A stretch of DNA of 64,000 nt from Bugula neritina (taxonomy: Eukaryota > Animalia > Bryozoa): NCBI GenBank assembly GCA_964035545.1, contig OZ037773.1:9267751-9331750 (forward strand). The letters are read 5' to 3'. The notes beneath the pieces are model-generated. The model did no database searches. It saw nothing but the letters and a program-made list of their open reading frames with translations, and had not been told where the DNA came from. Made by a program: the position numbers and the translations under genes. This document shows positions 57,811 through 64,000 of the stretch, piece by piece. Every line of letters starts with the position of its first letter. Positions within the stretch are counted from its first letter, which is position 1.

Positions 57811-60800
57811 ATGTCTGCCAATGAGTTATACACTCTAATAGACGATAGAGACAAGTTTGAAAAACAACTTCTAATGCTGCCTGTTGAAGACAGGTTTGAA
57901 GCTTTAAGAAAAGAGATTGGAGAAGAAAACCAAACAATATTGCATATTGCAGCGACTAATGACCTAACACATATTCTAAAGTTAGTTATTGACAATGTGA
58001 CAGAAGAGAGTCTGTTAGAATTGCTGATGATTCAAGATGAAGATGGAAGTACACCAGTACACTATGCTGCCAGGGGTAATTATACAGGGCACATCCAGTG
58101 TATTGTAGATTCTATACCAGAAGAACATTTGTGCAAAGTGTTTGCTATGAAGAATGAAACTGGAAACACAGCTGTTCACTGGGCAGTTGGAAATAGTAAC
58201 ACAGATATGTTGCAGTGTTTGTTCAAATCCTTACCTCCAAACCAGATAGGTGAATTACTCAACATACAGAATCACAGTGGCAACACAGCTTTACACACTG
58301 CAGCAGATAGTGATAGTTTGGAAACTATAGAAACTTTGCTCAAGAGCCTGAAGAATGCGACTGATTTAGAGAGACTTTTAGAAACAACAAATGAAGAAGG
58401 AAGGACTGCTATTTATTATATGGTAACTAAGAACCATTGTGATATAATAAAGTGGATGACAAGCACTTTGGATATGAACTTGCTAGAGAAACTGCTTAGC
58501 ATACAAAATCAATCTGAATTCACTGCAGTTCATTGTGCAGCATTAAATGGCCATACCAACATAATGAGATGCATAGCAGAAACATTGTCGGAATCTATGT
58601 TATTTAGGCTGCTTAGTATTAAATATGATGATGGTTGTACTTGTATTCACAAAACAACAGTGGGTGGTCACACAGATATAATGAGATGCATAACAGAAAA
58701 GTTGCCAGAATCTATGTTATTTAGACTGCTTAGTATTAAATCTGATGAAGGTCATACATGTGTTCACAAAGCAGCAATGGGTGGTCACACAGATATAATA
58801 AAATGCATAACAGAAAAGCTGCCAGAATCTATGTTATTTTGGTTGTTTGGTATTCAAACCAAACGTGGCCTTACATGTTTTCACTATGCAGCAATGGAAG
58901 GTCATGCTGAGATTGTCAACTGCATATCAAATTCATTAACAGCTAAGGCGTTGAAAGAAATACTTACAAAAAAAAGTCAAGGTGGAAGTACAGTAATGCA
59001 CTCTGCGGCTGAATCTGATAAGAAAATGGTAGTAAGCTACATCCTTGAATCTCTTCCAAGAGATGAAACTTTAGAAATGATTTCTAGCCAAAACATTTTC
59101 AAAAACACACCATTCCAGTTGGCAGCAAGAAGTGGTCACACTGACACTTTGAAACTCATGATTCGTTTTCTCTCAGTTGAAAATCTGTTGAGTTTGCTGG
59201 AAATAGAAGACTCGGACTCTCTAACTCCTCTACACATTATAGCAGAGAATGGACATGCATTGGCATTAAAAGAAGTTTTTTCCCATTTACCTGTCGCTAG
59301 TTTATATGACATACTCACTAATAAGAGAAATTGGCGTGGTGACACAGTGGCTCATATCGCAGCTGAAGAAGGTCATGTTGAAGTTTTAGAAGTGATTTTT
59401 GAAAACTTGTCATCAAAGGAAGCTTTACAGCTGCTAGAGATGACAAATAATAATGAAAAAACTGCACTAGACTTAGCAAAAATAGCTAAACACACAGAAA
59501 CAGTAACTTTTATTAGGGAAAGTCAGAAAAAGGCTGAAAGAGCTATCTCAGGTATGTCTATTAAAAAATATAAAATATGCTCTCTAAACATATTATGCCT
59601 CATGTATGAGATATCTGACTGAAATATACAATGCTACCAGATTGTCTCAATCACAGAACTACCCTGCACACAGTTTATTACTTTTACAATAATTATACTG
59701 TAGGCTATATAGTTTTATTGTTGTCTTCTGTGAAAAAATTTTTTAAAACAAAAATTAAAGTTATACAGTAAGAAAGTAGAATGGCCATCTTCATTTTCAT
59801 AGGCTAATTATTGATTAAAGGTTTAGTGTTTGTTAAAGCAATAATATACTTGTATAGTATATTATGTAATTGTTTACCAGAACATTTAACACTTTTGAAA
59901 TCACAATGAATTTGCAGATATGTTATTTTTTTTGACGACTTAAATGTGGTTTTTGCCTATCTATCCAGCTTTTAAAACATTTCAGGTAAATTTTGAAGAC
60001 ATTTCTAAGGTTTTTGCTTTAATTGTGGAATTAAATATATATAAAATGTTTTTTTTCTAGCCTGGCGAAAGAATTGACTAATATTTTTCAATTTACTAAA
60101 ATTCACACATGAGTGTTTCAGAATGTGCAGCTAATCTAGGAGCTAAGTCAACAAACAAACTTACTTGGCCAATCACAGAAGAGGACATAGTTGAGAAATA
60201 TTTGAATGAGTCAGATGTAGAGACAGACATGATTAACCTACCTTTGAGAGCATCTACACAACCAAACACAGAAGATATGTACAACTGCAAAGAGGTTTAC
60301 ATATTGACTTGCATTAAATGTTATTGAAAAATGAAACGTGTTGAAAACATAAATAGAAAAAATACTTTTTCTATTTATGTTTTTAACACCATTATTATAT
60401 TTTGGTTAATAAATTTAGTTTCTGGCAGTGTGATAGTTAAAATTATGTGTCATTTGACAGTTAATGTAATTTTATATAATATTGTAGTTGTAAACCACTT
60501 ATATGACCACTATAACAATAAAAAACTGCATTTTATATTGAGCACGGTTTTGAAAAATAGCTGTGACCTGCATTTAAGTGAACAGTCTTTGTTATAATAA
60601 CCCAACTGATAAATTTATATTCATTGTTTTTAGAAATATTACCAGATGACTTCTCCCACCAGAGGAAGGTGTCTTATCATCAACAATAGAGACTTCGAAG
60701 TTCCCTCTACACCAGATCAAGTGAAACTTGATAAGAGACAAGGTTCAGATGTTGATGTGGCAAACATTTTAAATGTCTTCACTCAGCTTAGTTTTATCTG

Positions 60801-62765
60801 TGAAATTCACACTAACCTGACCAGTCAGGTGAGCTAAGTTCACATTAACTTCTTCTGCATGGTAAGGATTATAGCTAATGAAAGATGCAAAACTTCTATA
60901 TATACCGTACAGATTAGGTTCAATTGTAATCAATGGTGTGAATGAGGGGGCCTCGGGGGGGGGGGGGGGGTACAAGTATTCCACCATTTTCTCTATGACC
61001 TTAAGACCACTGCTAATAATAGTTGACTGTACATAATTAGTATATAACAAATTTATTGAAAAGTTAATCTTATATTAAGCAAAGTTATTGCAATGATAAT
61101 TTTAGTGAAATCAAAAAAGCTACAATAATAAAGTAGTTTTTAAAAATGTTGTCTTTTAAGTTCTATTTTGATCGATAATCTAGTCAATGCTATTATAAGC
61201 TCAAGATCATCCTTTTCATTCGAGAATGTGAACTGTATAGAAACATTTCGAATTGATAGGGAATGTTACATGTGTTGAACCGTGAAATACAAAATCCAGA
61301 GCATGAGAGATTTGGAGTTAGTGCCTTTATCATAATGACTCATGGGACTGAGAACTTTCTCTATGCATGGTACAGATAGTCGCCCTGTCAAACTGTCGGA
61401 CATCTTGGATCTTATGTCTCCATACGAATTCAAAGCCATGGCTGGTAAACCTAAGATGGTTGTCATCCAGGCCTGTTCAGGTGGTGAGTTTGATCAGAAT
61501 CAAAGAATCATTGAACTAGTCCTTTCTCAAATTTTAATTTTGGGTTGGCTCTTATACATCTATGCTTACATATCTACTTACATATATACTTACATCTATA
61601 TACATACACCTGTACTTTGTCTTGCAGACAGGCCAGACAGTCTAGGCTTCTTTACAGAGGACTCTCCAAGCGGTGCTGGAGCAACTTTCAATGATGTCAA
61701 ACAGAAATCTGATCCATTTCCTGGAGATCACTTGTCTACTGATGACTTGTTCTTGTTGAAAGCCAGTTTTCTTAGTAAGAACACAATAATACCTGATGAA
61801 GTTAACTAGCACACAAAACTTAACATTAGATAATTAACACTGAACATATTATAACAATATAATCATTATATATACATATATGTATGCAACTTATTATGTT
61901 AAAAGTGGACTTGTTTAACCTTCTCAAAACTGACAATATTTTAAGTAACACAGTCGGTATGCTTCATGTGTTGCAGGTTTCCGTTCAGCAAGACATACTC
62001 GCCAGGGTAGTTGGTTGATCAGAGCTCTGGTGTGTTCACTGTACAATCACAGCCGTGATGAGGATATTGAGACTATCTTCAGAAAAGTGAGTGATATCTG
62101 TATTAATAAGTTTGTGATAGTTATACTAGCAGAGAGTTTAGCAATGCATCTTTTCTTTTAAACAAGTGAATGAATATTGATTAGGCTGCATATAGTTGCG
62201 GGTTTTTTGTATCAAAAATGCATGATAGCTTCATATTATAACCTAAAGTAAACAATCATCTTTTAAGAACTCTAAGTGAAATTTTTGAGAGTGCTTTCTA
62301 TACTTTTTACTATAACTGTAAAGAGGTAATATATAGTAACTTATAGTAAATGTGAATTTGGCACTTGTTATATATCACTGCTTTTCTTACTTTCCCATTG
62401 CAAAAGAAGTACCACTTTGCTATGCATGCTATTCAATAGCCATGGTGCAGATTTAACCTTTAACAAATTATGTCAGCGTTTGAATCAATAGCAATGTTGA
62501 ATGAACTTTTACTTCCACCTGTAGTATGAAAAATTTCCCTATTATAATAACTAAATAGAGATGTAAAACCAAGCTTACATTTCGTATTAGCAGAATAAAA
62601 TGAAATTATTCTTTACAGGTAAAGAATATTGTCAGAGCAAAGAGTATCAAAGCATCTAAAAAAGACAGCCATTTAGGAGGACAGCAACCAACTTTTGAGA
62701 GTTTTCCACCAAAGGGAAGACAACTTTGCTTGTTTCCTAGGTTCAGTCCTCCACAAACTGAGTGA
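57811..62765 (+). CDS. Ankyrin-repeat/caspase fusion B: catalytic His and QACSG present, but frameshifted by a 4-bp insertion in exon 4 (null allele, pseudogene or assembly error)
   Basis: Exons 57811-59551 (14 ANK repeats), 60122-60294, 60634-60828, 61260-61483, 61628-61774, 61977-62086, 62619-62765. Exons 2, 3 and 6 have the same lengths as in copy A; exon 4 is 224 vs 220 nt. Motifs IMTHG, KPKMVVIQACSG, RSARH..GSWLI, LCLFP. An in-frame TAG at 61377-61379 follows the insertion. Confidence 0.85.
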
Positions 62766-63634
62766 AAGCTATAAAGAGAAAAGATTTAGTAAATCTGTTT
62801 GTATAAATCAAACTGTTAAACTTGAAATCACTTGCAGTAGTCTTTTTAATAAAAGTCACACATTCGGTGTCTGGCAGCTCATTTATGTATCTTTACTAAC
62901 AATGACAATTATTAATTGAGTTTGTTTTAGTATTTACGAGTTTTATATTCTATTCCCACCTTGTTTTGTTTCTTTATATTTGTTACTGTACATGCTGACA
63001 ATGGCAGCAACAGTATTAGCTGCGTGCATGCCTTAAATATCATATTGCATATAATATATACTGTTTAAAAACATACGTAGCTGGGTTCCTTTTTTATGCC
63101 CATGTAAGCCTTAATAAAGCTTTCCAAAACCTTTGATGGATGTTGTGAGAAAGTTTTAATAAAGAAAATATAATTTTTTTCCAGTTGAATTTACAAAAAC
63201 AAACTTAAAAAAAAATCAAATTTCATACGGGAATACGTGAATAATTTTGAGAACAGCATTGGTCACAGTGGCTATAGAGTTATCCCCCCTAACTAGAGCA
63301 AACGGCGAGAAGTTATGATCTATATCAGAAAGATATCTCTCTGGCTGTAACATACATTATGTGATTATAATGTTATTTTGGAAGACAGAAAAGGCAATTC
63401 CAAAAATTTTGTAGCCAAGTGCTATAGTTACAAATTAGCAACACATATACTGTATAACATTTAGAAGCTGGGAAAACCTACTGAATATGCCGTGGAATAT
63501 TGATAGAAAAATGATTTTGAAGCAGCTATTGGTAGCTGGAGGGAGAAGTTGCAATTATAGAAACTGATAATACAGGCATGAAAGCCCTAGGGCAAAAATA
63601 GAACATTAATTTACATAATACAGTCGATAATCAC

Positions 63635-63735
63635 GGGCTTTCCATGTACCGATCTCAGATCGATCTCGCTGAGATCGATCTGAGAAATGTGCTCAGATCG
63701 ATCGTTTTTCCATGAGAGTGTCAGATCGATCTCTC
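63635..63735. repeat. GATC-rich palindromic stretch (possible end of a non-autonomous DNA element)
   Basis: Several copies of agatcgatc(t) in ~100 bp with hairpin potential. Confidence 0.45.
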
Positions 63736-64000
63736 AAAGTTGCCTCCTCTTAAGTGAAGGATACTTTAAAATCATAATTTGTTCACCTATTTGAGTGATT
63801 AAAGCTACTACTGTTGAAAACGAGATGGTTGTAGCCTAAAATTTAATCCCAGCTATAAACTATACGCAGCAAAGCTTTCAGTGTATGGTAATTTGGCCAA
63901 TTTAAAATAATTAATTTTAATTTTTTAGCTTGACAGCTTATATAAAATTAATGGCTGTCTTGCAGATTATTAATAAACTTACAGGACTCTTGGGCTTAAA

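Noticed and set aside
61342-61809. ORF with MHG..QACSG as a stand-alone caspase
   Set aside because: The MHG is created by the 4-bp insertion; the true catalytic THG is in another frame, and the ORF reads through an intron.

Overview
AT-rich, intron-containing animal genomic DNA, probably a marine lophotrochozoan invertebrate (inference from gene content). By following splice sites and reading frame I can reconstruct eight multi-exon genes. In order: (1) an internally duplicated RING/zinc-finger gene (4098-8676, +); (2-3) two tandem secreted actinoporin/conoporin-like pore-forming-protein genes (10588-12536, 14044-15577, +), the first with a GPI-signal-like tail; (4) p31comet/MAD2L1BP (20671-22949, -); (5) a C/EBP bZIP factor (26068-29170, +), preceded by a decayed Gypsy gag-protease fragment; (6) an FMN/Cappuccino-type formin with a DEP-like segment (~35118-50472, +); (7-8) two tandem genes fusing 14 long (39-aa) ankyrin repeats to a caspase domain (51690-56438, 57811-62765, +). 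The ANK-caspase pair is the most striking system. Copy A is an intact ORF but has QAD in place of the catalytic QAC (pseudo-caspase). Copy B keeps both catalytic residues but carries a 4-bp frameshift between them in this sequence. Microsatellites, minisatellites, MITEs and tRNA-derived SINEs fill the rest. All gene models are manual and need RNA-seq confirmation.
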